A DNA stretch of 63,805 bases, filler included, from Octopus bimaculoides (GCF_001194135.2; 6 parts of 6 records of this genome joined end to end with filler, not necessarily neighbours in it), one strand, 5' to 3'. Counted from the whole stretch's first letter, positions 26,401 through 39,713 are shown. Notes: generated from the letters alone by a model not told the origin. A program made the numbers and translations.

Positions 26401-27647
26401 AACACATACACACATACGCACACACAACACCCTAACAAATATTAATCACACAAACACCAACATACACACACACACACAAACGTGCACACATATACACACA
26501 CCATCCTACCAAATATAAAATACACACTGAGCCATATATACACACCACAATAAACTCTGGAGCCAATCAAAATCGGCTTACACACACAGAAACAAACACA
26601 TACATACACACACACACACATAGAGACGTGCACAGAGACATTCTAGACCTCCAAGACCAGTCCCAAAAACCACTGATCCATGACAAACTAGCCCAGAAAC
26701 GAAAAATCCTTTTCATACTACATTGCTCTTCCTTCCTCCCACCACAGCCAGCCTCCCACACTGTCCTATAAATAGCAAACATTCCCTAGTTCCTCTCCAA
26801 TTTTTTGTAAATTCTGAAATATATCTCCTTCTGAGTATATATATAATACCAAACACTCTTTGTTGAATACTCCCTTTTGAACTGTTTTAAAATATTCTTC
26901 TTGTTATTGTCANNNNNNNNNNNNNNNNNNNNNNNNNNNNNNNNNNNNNNNNNNNNNNNNNNNNNNNNNNNNNNNNNNNNNNNNNNNNNNNNNNNNNNNN
27001 NNNNNNNNNNNNNNNNNNNNNNNNNNNNNNNNNNNNNNNNNNNNNNNNNNNNNNNNNNNNNNNNNNNNNNNNNNNNNNNNNNNNNNNNNNNNNNNNNNNN
27101 NNNNNNNNNNNNNNNNNNNNNNNNNNNNNNNNNNNNNNNNNNNNNNNNNNNNNNNNNNNNNNNNNNNNNNNNNNNNNNNNNNNNNNNNNNNNNNNNNNNN
27201 NNNNNNNNNNNNNNNNNNNNNNNNNNNNNNNNNNNNNNNNNNNNNNNNNNNNNNNNNNNNNNNNNNNNNNNNNNNNNNNNNNNNNNNNNNNNNNNNNNNN
27301 NNNNNNNNNNNNNNNNNNNNNNNNNNNNNNNNNNNNNNNNNNNNNNNNNNNNNNNNNNNNNNNNNNNNNNNNNNNNNNNNNNNNNNNNNNNNNNNNNNNN
27401 NNNNNNNNNNNNNNNNNNNNNNNNNNNNNNNNNNNNNNNNNNNNNNNNNNNNNNNNNNNNNNNNNNNNNNNNNNNNNNNNNNNNNNNNNNNNNNNNNNNN
27501 NNNNNNNNNNNNNNNNNNNNNNNNNNNNNNNNNNNNNNNNNNNNNNNNNNNNNNNNNNNNNNNNNNNNNNNNNNNNNNNNNNNNNNNNNNNNNNNNNNNN
27601 NNNNNNNNNNNNNNNNNNNNNNNNNNNNNNNNNNNNNNNNNNNNNNN

Positions 27648-27680
<33 letters not shown>

Positions 27681-27924
27681 CATATACATATGTATACATG
27701 CAAAACAATAGAAAGATAAAGTATATTTAAGTATAAATATATATCTGCTAAGTTTGATCCCAATTAATGCCATGTTTAATCTTCTGTAAAGACATCAAAG
27801 TTTAAGCTTGAATCAGTTGACCTTTACTAAGTTTTTTCTATACTGATGATCTCTGGGTATTATTTGTGGACTATGTATATATATACATATACATATATGC
27901 ATATATACTTTTAACCTTTTATTG

Positions 27925-28200
27925 TTTTCAATCTTCCTGTCATTTGACTGTGGCCCTGTTGGGGCAACGCCTTGAGGATTTTAGTCGTACAAATCAGTCA
28001 ATATGATTTATTTAAAGTTTAGTATATATTCTATCAACAATTTTGCTGAACCGCTATGTCATGGGGACGTAAACACACCAAAACAGTTCTGAAGTGTTGA
28101 GTGGGATACAAACGCAGACACAGAGATAGACAGACACACCCACACACAGAGATACACACACATACATACACACACATATATACGGCGGGCTCTTACAGTT
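27925..28200 (-). mobile_element. SINE family A, degenerate
   Basis: tcatttgactgtggcc...ttttgctgaaccgctatgtcatggggacgtaaacacacca...atatacggcgggctct. Confidence 0.7.
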
Positions 28201-28211
28201 TCTTTTTTTTT

Positions 28212-28333
28212 TTTGCCCACAAGGGACTAAAAATAGGCGGGATAAACAAGGACAGAGAAAGGGATTAAGTCGATTACATCGACGCCAGTGCCTAACTGGT
28301 ACTTAATTTTATCCGAAAGGATGAAAGGTATAG
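28212..28333 (-). mobile_element. SINE family B, running into a gap
   Basis: ttgcccacaagggact...gggattaagtcgattacatcgacgccagtgcctaactggtacttaattttatccgaaaggatgaaagg. Confidence 0.75.
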
Positions 28334-29539
28334 NNNNNNNNNNNNNNNNNNNNNNNNNNNNNNNNNNNNNNNNNNNNNNNNNNNNNNNNNNNNNNNNNNN
28401 NNNNNNNNNNNNNNNNNNNNNNNNNNNNNNNNNNNNNNNNNNNNNNNNNNNNNNNNNNNNNNNNNNNNNNNNNNNNNNNNNNNNNNNNNNNNNNNNNNNN
28501 NNNNNNNNNNNNNNNNNNNNNNNNNNNNNNNNNNNNNNNNNNNNNNNNNNNNNNNNNNNNNNNNNNNNNNNNNNNNNNNNNNNNNNNNNNNNNNNNNNNN
28601 NNNNNNNNNNNNNNNNNNNNNNNNNNNNNNNNNNNNNNNNNNNNNNNNNNNNNNNNNNNNNNNNNNNNNNNNNNNNNNNNNNNNNNNNNNNNNNNNNNNN
28701 NNNNNNNNNNNNNNNNNNNNNNNNNNNNNNNNNNNNNNNNNNNNNNNNNNNNNNNNNNNNNNNNNNNNNNNNNNNNNNNNNNNNNNNNNNNNNNNNNNNN
28801 NNNNNNNNNNNNNNNNNNNNNNNNNNNNNNNNNNNNNNNNNNNNNNNNNNNNNNNNNNNNNNNNNNNNNNNNNNNNNNNNNNNNNNNNNNNNNNNNNNNN
28901 NNNNNNNNNNNNNNNNNNNNNNNNNNNNNNNNNNNNNNNNNNNNNNNNNNNNNNNNNNNNNNNNNNNNNNNNNNNNNNNNNNNNNNNNNNNNNNNNNNNN
29001 NNNNNNNNNNNNNNNNNNNNNNNNNNNNNNNNNNNNNNNNNNNNNNNNNNNNNNNNNNNNNNNNNNNNNNNNNNNNNNNNNNNNNNNNNNNNTATATATA
29101 TATATATATATATAACAGAAATATATTACAAAAACAAAATACAAAACTACACGTAGAAATGCAAGTGGAAAGTAAGAAGGAAAATTAGCGAAAATGCAAA
29201 TGCACTTTGGAAATCAAAAAAAGTAAAGCATTTTAAAGAAAAGTAACGATAGATATACACAATTAGATGAACTGAGGTAGGAATAAAAGTAATAAAAGTT
29301 GTTATTTTGAATTGTTAAAGAGATTCAAAAGCATACCCGTTTCGTAATGTTACTAATCATTGCTTTGAATGCACACCGATTACTGAACGGTGTCAGATCT
29401 ACTAGTCCCTGAGTAAAAAGGTTATGTGTAAGGGAGGTAAGTAGTTCTGGATTTGGGGCAATTAGGGTAGATCTACATCTGTAATGTGAATGGTGTATGG
29501 GATATAGGGGGGTTAGTGGTATTAATTGAAAGGTTAGTA

Positions 29540-30120
29540 GTGTTCTGTATTATGTTATGTGTTTATATTTAGTTGTGGAAGAGATTTATTAATGAAAGTT
29601 GACTCTTTGTTTATTGTTTGTTGTATTGAGATGGTCTGTTAACATCGATAGAAGGGACAACTTAGAAAATTATGATTAAGATTCCTCGCACATCTTTCTA
29701 TGTGTCCACTGACCTGTATTTGTCTGTATTGTGGGTGGCGGATTTGTTCTTTTTGGAGAGTGGTTCTTTGACGGAGAGATATTCCTGTTTGGCCAATATA
29801 ATTATTACCATACCCTAAGCATGTAATGGCATAGATTAAAATTTTGATTGTGTTGTTAATGGATATAGTCTTGCGTTGGTTAATATATATATATATATAT
29901 ATTTCAATGATTTAGGTTGCCTTTTGCTTTTGATAATTTTATGAGAGCCTAAAATTTTGTCCATTGTTTTATCTCTTGTGAGGATGGATAGATTTTGGAT
30001 GCTAAAGGCTTCATTATTTCTATGGTTATGTATGGAGATGTATGGGAGTATTTTAAAGTCTGGTTTAGTATTTTGGCCGACTTCCCTGAATGTTCGTATA
30101 TCTATCTCCTTAGCTCGTTT
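29540..30120 (-). mobile_element. Penelope-like element C-terminal part (linker plus GIY-YIG)
   Basis: Minus strand: KILPYISIHNHRNNEAF...HKIIKSKRQPKSLK..ILTNARL, then AITCLGYGNNYIGQTGISLRQRTTLQKEQIRHPQYRQIQVSGHIERCARN...INKESTFINK..PQLN. Confidence 0.8.
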
Positions 30121-30174
30121 AATTCCATCATTTATTAATAATATTGGGTTTTTTTTATTAGTATATATATATAT

Positions 30175-31230
30175 ATATAAACGTTTTGACGACTGCTTTA
30201 TCCTCTGGAATGAAAACATAGATAAATTCCTGGAGTTCAAAAGTCGTCTTAATAGCAGTAACACCAAAGTACATTTCACAATGGAACACAAACACGAGGA
30301 ACTCCCATTCCAAAACATACTGATTTTAAAAATATACAAAAAAAAAATAGAAACAAACATGTTTTTTACGAGACCACAGACGCTAAACAATATCTATTAT
30401 GTAAGTCATGTCACCCGAGGCATATCAAAACAAATATCCCCTTAAACCTTGGAAGAAGGATTTGCTCCATAATATCCTAAAAAATGCAAGATATCTAAGT
30501 TTCCAAGAGCTTAAAATTGTACTCCAGGGCAGGCACTACCGAACTCAACTCAAAAATGAATGAATCAAACGTGCAAAATCGATTAACATAAAACATTCAG
30601 AAATGCCAAACACCACAACACATCTACCCTGAAAGCCTTACGTGTCCTTATACAACCCCAGAAATAAAGACGCATTCAATATCATCATCCAAAATCGTCC
30701 AATACTCCATAGGGACTCCAAACTTAAGGATATTCTACGTAACCATAAAATCATTAAGAGCAGCAAACAGCCTAAGATATTGAAGAAAATTCTCACCAAT
30801 GCCAAACTGTTCTCTAGATCAACAGACGCAAGAGTAGTAAAGTGTGGTCGCCCTAATTGCGGAACATATTCCAATCTGTTGGCAAGATCGGAATTGTATT
30901 TCAGACAAGGACTAATATTCAAAATCAAATCTAACTTCATTTGTGACTCCCAAAACCTCATTTACGTAATGGGGCTTCCATCGAAATTATATTGACCCAA
31001 CGCGGGAAACTCGACCCGAAAGAGATGTACGGTTCACAATCAACAAATTTCCTCCCCATAATATCATTAAATATACCTGTCAACACAATGGTGAATGTGC
31101 AGAACGATTACAATCACAATTCGAAAATTTCTCATTTCATCAACTTGCCATCTGGATCTCAACTCAAGTAAGACTGAATAAAGAAGCCTGATTTATCCAA
31201 AAGTATAAACCAGAATTAAATATGAACCAT
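30175..31230 (+). mobile_element. Penelope-like element, RT 3' half through GIY-YIG, pseudogenised
   Basis: RFDDCFILWNENIDKFLEFKSRLNSSNTKVHFTMEHKHEELPF (YxDD, FT.E...LPF), YNPRNKDAFNII...KIIKSSKQPKILKKILTNAK, KCGRPNCGT, FKIKSNFICDSQNLIY, ending F IQKYKPELN. Confidence 0.88.
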
Positions 31231-31407
31231 ATTAAAAATAAAGGTATTATCCCATGTAATGGAAGATGTAAATCAGAATAAAGCAGAGAGCACAAAAGAG
31301 CAAACAAAAAAATAATAAAATAAACTGAAGATTTACCTCCCTTTCCTGCAAAATAAATGAGTTAAAATGTATCTCACTTAGCAATATTCTCCCCTAGCAA
31401 CTTCTCT

Positions 31408-31469
31408 CCTTCAACTCTCAGTTTGGTGAACAATGCGAAACCGGTCCTTACTTCAATTATGTTGAAAGG
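31408..31469 (+). ncRNA. degenerate minimal type I hammerhead ribozyme motif in the PLE 3' region
   Basis: tttggtga-acaatgc-GAAACCGGTC at 31422-31446. The GAAAC-CGGUC half is intact; the CUGAUGA box is mutated to UUGGUGA. Outer pairing ccttcaac/gttgaaagg. About 200 bp 3' of the PLE ORF end. Confidence 0.4.
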
Positions 31470-31758
31470 ATAAAACCTTAATTTGTACAAAAGTGTATAT
31501 CTTTATTATCATGGCTTTAATATAATCTTAGATCCCGTAAAACAAATTTTCTATGTTTTTTTTCATCTTTTCACTTTCTCTATTTATAGCCACCACTCCT
31601 GTATATGGTTCAAAACAATTTGATTCAAATTCATTAGTACTCTTTAGTTTCAAACATGATGCTAGCTGTCAGCTATTCTGAATTTGAATAAAGTCGATTG
31701 TTATTTACCGTAAGGTAGTCTACGATTGGTGGAGGAGGTCATGCAGTGTCGTGGTTTG

Positions 31759-32150
31759 ATGTTGGTATATGGGAAACTATTAGCTTGAAAACAACGCATA
31801 GCGAACAGGAAATTGACCACGTGGAGGGGATGAAATAGACCACGTGGCGATTAGAAATCGGCAGGTTGTTGGGTAGAAGTAGGAAAGGGCGGCACGTGCA
31901 AGTATATAGTTCTAAATGTTGGTGTGCATACGCGCGCATATAGTTTTTTCTTGCATGTGTATATCGATGCGGGTGTGCGCATCTCTACATCAGCGCGCAT
32001 GCATAAGTCTACAGATACACACAGACAGGTATGGACGAATACGCACGTCGCACACGCATATGCACACATGCACAAACATACACGCATACATACAATTTCC
32101 TGTTCGTTATGTAGTTATTTTCCAACTAATAGTTACCCATATACCAACAT
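31759..32150. repeat. ~57-bp imperfect inverted repeat (31759-31815 vs 32093-32150)
   Basis: atgttggtatatgggaaactattagcttgaaaacaacgcatagcgaacaggaaattg vs reverse complement atgttggtatatgggtaactattagttggaaaataactacataacgaacaggaaattg. Confidence 0.8.
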
Positions 32151-32379
32151 GCGTGTACATATGCGTATTCATTCATATGTACATATACATATTTGCATGC
32201 ATGTACGCATGTATACCAGGATTGGTAAGTGTTGAAAATGTGTGAGTCCTGGAGATTGGTAAGCGTTGCTGGTTCGTAAATGCTGATCCTGCTTTGGGGT
32301 TTGGTTGGAGTGGTGAGCTTGGTTTAGGCGATGCAGAGTAGCAACTGGTGCTAGGTTGGTATATCCAGGTTGACGGCAG

Positions 32380-32965
32380 TCAGAAGTCTGAAATTTGCCT
32401 AAAAGGCATATCTTTGGTGACACCAAAACAATAAATCGTACTGTTTGTTGATGGATATTGTTTATTGATGGATACTGCAAGTTGTTGGAGGTTATGCATT
32501 TTTTCGCGGAGGAAGAGGAGGCAGTTGGGGGGCGCGGGTGAATATGGTGGCGTTCTGTCAACAATAGTCCACTTGATGTTGGGTATTTCATCCCATAGAT
32601 GACAGAATCTCCAGAGAAAACGAGACAGGGAAGTAGAAACTTTTTTCTCCGTGGATCTGAACGTGTGTATATGCTGGAAGTATCTTCCTTTGAAGTCATT
32701 AGGTGTCACACCCTGATAGTGCCTAGTAATGCCGTTGGATGGTGTAAGGTTGGCTCTGTATACTACGGCGTTTGAGAAGCAAGATCCTCCTAGAGGGCAC
32801 CTCCTGGGATTTGGTAGTTGCAGTTTGGGGTTGGGGTGTAGTAGGTGCATTTTAACGTCTGTTGATTCGTGCGATGTTAGATGCGAAGTTGTCTAAGTAG
32901 GAGTACCTCATCTTGACATTATGTGGGTTGAAGACAGCTCTTGTTTCGTTTGTCCACTCACTCGT
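32380..32965 (-). mobile_element. second-clade Penelope-like element (Naiad-type GIY-YIG), pseudogenised
   Basis: FNPHNVKMRYSYLDNFASNIARINRR, then PRRCPLGGSCFSNAVVYRANL...HYQGVTPNDFKGRYFQH..TF...STSLSRFLW...IKWTIV...PY...NCLLFLREK. Matches the CPL.G.C..VVY/Y.G.T..FK.R...H endonuclease type; clade name from recall. Confidence 0.8.
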
Positions 32966-33004
32966 GTATGTATATATATATGCATATATGTATGTATGTG
33001 TATA

Positions 33005-33035
<31 letters not shown>

Positions 33036-33360
33036 NNNNNNNNNNNNNNNNNNNNNNNNNNNNNNNNNNNNNNNNNNNNNNNNNNNNNNNNNNNNNNNNN
33101 NNNNNNNNNNNNNNNNNNNNNNNNNNNNNNNNNNNNNNNNNNNNNNNNNNNNNNNNNNNNNNNNNNNNNNNNNNNNNNNNNNNNNNNNNNNNNNNNNNNN
33201 NNNNNNNNNNNNNNNNNNNNNNNNNNNNNNNNNNNNNNNNNNNNNNNNNNNNNNNNNNNNNNNNNNNNNNNNNNNNNNNNNNNNNNNNNNNNNNNNNNNN
33301 NNNNNNNNNNNNNNNNNNNNNNNNNNNNNNNNNNNNNNNNNNNNNNNNNNNNNNNNNNNN

Positions 33361-33395
<35 letters not shown>

Positions 33396-33699
33396 ATGTG
33401 TGTGTGTGTGTACATGATGATTGTTGCCTCTTCACTAATGACCCATCAACATACACACTACACCCAATCACAAGGCACAATCTCTGTCTTGATGAGTCCT
33501 CGGATGACTTCTAATATCACTTGCTGGTTAACAGGGCTTGATTCTGAAGAAATGTATTTTGTGAATTTGTGCATGGCATTTAAGTCCAGATATTACCTTA
33601 TAAGTTTTGTGACATATGGCACACGTTGTAAGAAATGATTGGGGTTCAAGATTATTACCTACCTGGGCATTTACATTTTCATGTAACTTCATATGATTT

Positions 33700-34900
33700 A
33701 CGTATCCTCCTCTAGATAGCAGAGTACGGTATCACACAACACGTATCCAATATTTCCTGCTGATTTCAGTTCCAATTGCTCATTTCCGGCCGGCCCTTTT
33801 AAGCACAGAGAGCTGAACCATCTTTTCCTCCCAGCCGTTGCAACCAGTCCTAACAGTACCTCTCCACTTGATCCGATCCGAGGCATCAGTTTCTCAGTCA
33901 CTTTTGTTCATATCTAGGTTCTTCAGGTTTTCTTTCTCACAATCTTTATATCTTTTCCTTGGCTTATATTGTGGACTCTTATCAGATTTGAACTGAACAC
34001 AATAAACAACGCTTTGGGAATCGCTCATTTTTCGTTCTAATGACGTGTCCAGCTCATCTCATTTGAGCGAAGATGTAATGTTTTTCAATTAGATTACTAC
34101 ATGTCATGCGTAAAACCTCTGTATCTCGTATGAAACATTTTCACTTCATCCGAAGCGCTTTTGGCGAAATTTCTCCTGCATTTTCATATGTCGCCAGTTA
34201 GTGGTCCACATCTCATTCGAATAAAGAAGTGCAGTTAATACACATGTTTCATAGACTCTAATTTATGTCTGGTAGAAAATACCTCTATCCAACCATACTC
34301 GCTTTTCTAGCTTTCCAAATGCAACACCTTCCTTCTTTATTCGATAGTATATCTATGCATCAAGACCACCATCTCTTGATAGTATGCTTCCAACATAAAC
34401 AAAACAGTCAATTTCTTTCAGCCAACTGAACAATTTTAAAATTTCACCAGATTGATTTCAAATATTCTACACTGAATCTTTGCAGGCTGAAAATGAAACT
34501 TCCATTCATTTTTGTTTGAGAAATTAATAATAAATCATGTGCAAACATTTAAAATTATCCAACAGTAGCTAATCAAATGCCTCAATTGCAAGATACACCT
34601 GACATCACGACAATTTGTCCTTCTTGGAACAGCACAGAAGGCGAATACGAAACCTTTACGCGGTTTCTTGGCCAGCTTGAAATCGATGCCAAATATTCTT
34701 TAAACTGCATCAAAGCGCTGAAGATCAAAGAAAACGGAACATTGTACCACAACACCATTTATTCTTCCTTCGATGTGGGCCCAAGTGCATTCGACTTCTT
34801 CAGAGTTATTAATAATATTAAAATGAATAAGATATCCATGGATGTAAACTATCTACGCTCTCACAAACTTCAAGACATCTTTTTGTGCACAATAGATCAA
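33700..34900 (-). mobile_element. RTE-clade LINE, RT 3' half and C-terminus, decayed
   Basis: Minus: FVYVGSILSRDGGLDA*IYYRIKKEGVAFGKLEKRVWLDRGI...RVYETCVLTALLYSNEMWT...PRKRYKDCEKENLKNLDM...ASDRIKWRGTVRTGC, the characteristic RTE/BovB tail. Confidence 0.85.
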
Positions 34901-35202
34901 TATTGAACGTGCTTCCCCTTTTCTTATGATCAAATTGTAATCAAAGTTAAATTGTGGAGCCAAGTATTGGTTACCATCATTTTCCTTTAAATTTTGTTTA
35001 AAATTTTATCAGGAGAAAAGGGAAATTTCATTTGATATCAACTTGTGGTTCCAAGTAAGTGTTTCGATAGACGTAGGTTCGATAAAAGATTACCTCAGTG
35101 TAGTTCGGCAATAATTGAAATGTTATTAAACAATCAACAAGTGGAAAGTACTTGAGCCTGCCTAAAGCAAGGAAATAAGAAGTGTATGCACATACACGCA
35201 CG

Positions 35203-35233
<31 letters not shown>

Positions 35234-36352
35234 ACACATACACACACATACACACACCCACGCACGCACACACGCAAGCAAGCACGCACGCACACACATA
35301 CTCACATGCACATACACAGAAATACACATAAACACTCATTTCATGCCAATCAGTTTCTAGCATTATAAATAAACACCAAGCTCAAGTAAAGGGCACTCAT
35401 CCAACTTGCTGCAGAGTCTGTCCGCACCAGGAAATACATGTAACATCGAGTCTATTCTTTCATTATTACATTTCTTGTATTATAATTAATCCATTTTTGT
35501 GCAACGCCAAAGGTATGTAGATTATAAAACGGAAACGAGATATGTTAATTACTGTCACGCTGCGGATGATCGATCTTCAGATTCGCGTGCACAGGTTTTC
35601 TACCAATGATGTCCTAAAGCAATTTCCTTGTAATTCAGTTATTTTATTAAACTCTGACCTAACACGCATCCTCTGGTTTAACATAGAGAAATGTTTTTAA
35701 GTCACGCTCTGCCTTGTTGAACAAAAGAGGAAAAACCCGATGGAACCTCTTTGGTCCGGGTTTCTTTTTTTCCATCAGAGTTTACTCGAGTCTAAAGAAA
35801 AATGACTTCAGCAAACTGCTTAATTGTTTTTCACATTTTATGTATAAAGTAGACAATATGAAACTGGTTAGAGTCTACTGAACAAACTTAAACAGTAAAA
35901 ATGGAAATACATAGTGTTCATCCGCATCGGCAAAAGTGATACAAACAAATTCAACACACTGGATAAATGTATGTTGTAAGAAAGAGAGTGCTTTCATACT
36001 AGGATACTTTAGATTTATCATCTACTATTTAAAGTTAAAAATAACATAGCCGTAAGATATGTAAAACACACACACAGTGCTTCAAAAATCAACTTATTCC
36101 ATTAGTCATGGACATTCGTTTATGCGTGAAATTGCTTGTACGTTTATTTGTTTATGTTTGTTTGAGAATCGCCATTAATTAACGCTCGGTCTTTCTTTAC
36201 TTTCTTCAGCCTTCAAACAAATTTCACTGCATTTAAAACTGTAACATAAAGGATTCCATATTCTCCATATCCATGGGAAATAGACATTCATGCAGCTTAT
36301 CTCATCCTAGCTACCTCCTTTAGCTCACCTTTTGTAAATATTCTAATTATAC

Positions 36353-36464
36353 TTATTCTATCGGTCTCTTTTTAGTGAACCGATAAGTTACGGGGACGTA
36401 AACACACCAGCATCGGTTGTCAAGCGATGGTGGGGGGACAAACACAGACACACAAACATGTATG

Positions 36465-36496
<32 letters not shown>

Positions 36497-36658
36497 TACA
36501 TATATACGACGGGCTTCTTTCAGTTTCCGTCTACCAAATCCACTCACAAGGCTTTGGTCGGCCCGAGGCTATAGTAGAAGACACTTGCCCAAGGTGCCAC
36601 TGAACCCGGAACCATGTGGTTGGTAAGCAAGCTACTTTCCACACAGCCACTCCTGCAC
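36353..36658 (-). mobile_element. SINE family A, lacking the 3' tail
   Basis: cttattctatcggtctctt...ggggacgtaaacacaccagcatcggttgtcaagcgatg...cgacgggcttctttcagtttccgtctaccaaatccactcacaaggctttggtcggcccgagg...cacagccactcctg. Confidence 0.9.
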
Positions 36659-39600
36659 CTTGATAAAATTTTTCATAAATATATTTTTACTTTAATTAAA
36701 ACCTACGAAAGGATCACAACATATTTAAGTAGATGATGATTTGGTACTGTGTGCTAAAAATACCTTAACATATCATCTTAGCTTGCTAACTAAAACAGAT
36801 TTTACACGATGAAAATTCATTTCACTGTGAAATTGTTTCTTAGCACTTTGATATTACCCCACAATTTCTTTGCGAGCCGTAGACTATTAGAGCTAAGTTT
36901 TGTTTCCTTCTTCTTCCTAAAGATAAACGTCAGTTAATCCAGAATGTTAATGTGTCTTTCATTCCACACATCAACACGTATGTAAAGTACTTAAAATAAT
37001 GATTATTAGTGATAGATATTCGTTGTCCAGCTGCTTCCAAATGTTTCCCAGATCACAATTGACCAACATATTATACACCTGTTCCTTATTTTCCTTCACA
37101 TACAGAAAACAGTATTCTCATTTGATCCTAAACATGTTTGAAACGGGGTAAGCAACAAAAGTAATATGTAAATCGTACCGTTAGTTTCATTTGACTCACT
37201 TCTCTAAACTTACAGTTCATTATCACATGAAAATTATATTTTCGTATTTCTATGTTATAGCCATTGTACAGGGAACTTCATACATAGAGAACATAGGTGA
37301 GAAAAAAGAAATTCANNNNNNNNNNNNNNNNNNNNNNNNNNNNNNNNNNNNNNNNNNNNNNNNNNNNNNNNNNNNNNNNNNNNNNNNNNNNNNNNNNNNN
37401 NNNNNNNNNNNNNNNNNNNNNNNNNNNNNNNNNNNNNNNNNNNNNNNNNNNNNNNNNNNNNNNNNNNNNNNNNNNNNNNNNNNNNNNNNNNNNNNNNNNN
37501 NNNNNNNNNNNNNNNNNNNNNNNNNNNNNNNNNNNNNNNNNNNNNNNNNNNNNNNNNNNNNNNNNNNNNNNNNNNNNNNNNNNNNNNNNNNNNNNNNNNN
37601 NNNNNNNNNNNNNNNNNNNNNNNNNNNNNNNNNNNNNNNNNNNNNNNNNNNNNNNNNNNNNNNNNNNNNNNNNNNNNNNNNNNNNNNNNNNNNNNNNNNN
37701 NNNNNNNNNNNNNNNNNNNNNNNNNNNNNNNNNNNNNNNNNNNNNNNNNNNNNNNNNNNNNNNNNNNNNNNNNNNNNNNNNNNNNNNNNNNNNNNNNNNN
37801 NNNNNNNNATATATTCATGGAAACATATTGTTCATATGATGCTCATATATGCAAATAATAGACACCAAACATAGTTTCGAAAGACTTCTGAAGATACGAT
37901 ATAACATAACATTCTAGGGAAATTGAAAATAAAATATTACTTGATTTTGGTGGTTGTTATTTTCTTTAGACTACTTATATTATGCAGACTGTCTTCTAAA
38001 TTAACCCTTCCTGAACCAGAGTTATCATAAAGATTGTCATGAAAAAATTTGTATTCACAGCAGAAATTTGCTTCTCAACAGTCAGAGACAATAAATATCA
38101 CACAGCAGTGAATACGAGTGTTTTTATAGTTTTACTATATTGTCTAAATGTGTTTGACAAAGCAACCAACATAACTGCAGAAAGACTAAAAAAATTCCCA
38201 AAGGACATCTACTGCCTGAAGGATTTGATTTATACCTGAAAGATTTGGTCGTCGCGAATGAAGCGCATTTTTCATAGTTCTGCTCATTAACAGTAAAGGT
38301 CCTGATCCAAGGCCAAACTATAACTAACGTCACATGTTCATAACCAACATGTCACCTTTCAATTTCACTTATATTCTACTTATATATTTTAAAAAATCAT
38401 ATGTGTTTACTGATATTAGATGTTCCACTCTCATCCTACAATAATAGATTCTCACCTCCATGCACAGTACGGAATGACACTCACAGACAGTTATACTCTG
38501 ATGGTCATAAAAGAGTAGTATCGTACATGGCACGTAAATTTGCACTCACCGAATCGCTACAACCATTCGCTAGTTACTAACATCTCTTCTAGCTATCTAC
38601 ACTAATTCTCCTAAACAAATTCCTACTTCACCCTCCACATTATGTGTGGCACATTTCTCAGATTATAACAGAGAAATGTCAACGAGTGTTGAAAATGTGA
38701 ATGTTACTATTTTTGGTGGATGTGACGCTGCTTAATAAGATGACAGTGGTAGTAATATTGGTTGTAAAGGTAATTTTAATAGTAAGGAAACAACTATTGA
38801 GAATGTAATGATGATGAAGATTTTGTTGGGGATAATAATTGAGGAGTCTGATGAAATTCGTAATGCAAATGCTGATGATGATGTCATGAACTGCGTTAAA
38901 TATGATAACGGAGATAATAGTGATGAGTATGATAATCGTGAAACAAAGATATCTATGCATTAATCATCTGATATTCAGAAATTCATTCTATTCTGTTCAT
39001 CCCACTGTAAAATAGATGGCGTTGTTCAAGTAGTGCACGCCAGCAGATATTTCTATACAATGGCTGGATAGGCTTAATGAGTCAATCAGTTCTTTAAGTT
39101 GAAAAACCATAACAACAATAAATACATGAATGATTAAAAATAAATAAAATAAATAAAAATCTATTAACTGACGAGTTCAATGTAACAAGACTACAGTTGA
39201 TCTCATTGCAATTACTCTATATAAGGTAATTCTATTTATCGCAACTTCCCAGAACTGATTATCGTTTCAGTAAAGTAATGATACTTCTGCACTTAAATAT
39301 GTCCATACAGTTGCATGCAAGGCACTTTATCCATTTCTATAAACCAATATTGCTTCACTCTTTTCTGTGCAATTTTACTAATTGGCTTCAGTTAATATAA
39401 TTTGAAATGCCATTGTTGAACGAAGAGTTCAGATTTGGGTAAATATTATAGCATATCATTTTACTTCCTTTAAATTTAGTTACTGCTATTAAAGATTTTC
39501 ATAAATTATATGATTTTGTCCTTGACACAGGATAAATGACGAATGAGGATGAATTTAGAGAAATGCTAATATCGTTTCTTTTGCTAACATTTTCATTTTA

Positions 39601-39681
39601 TTTTCTGTTTCTCTTTATCTGTGGATTTCGTTATCTCTTCCTTTTATTTTGTTTCAGTTCTTCCTCCATCTCTGTCTGTCG

Positions 39682-39713
<32 letters not shown>

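Noticed and set aside
34577-34906. 109-aa plus-strand ORF
   Set aside because: Antisense frame of the decayed RTE reverse transcriptase.
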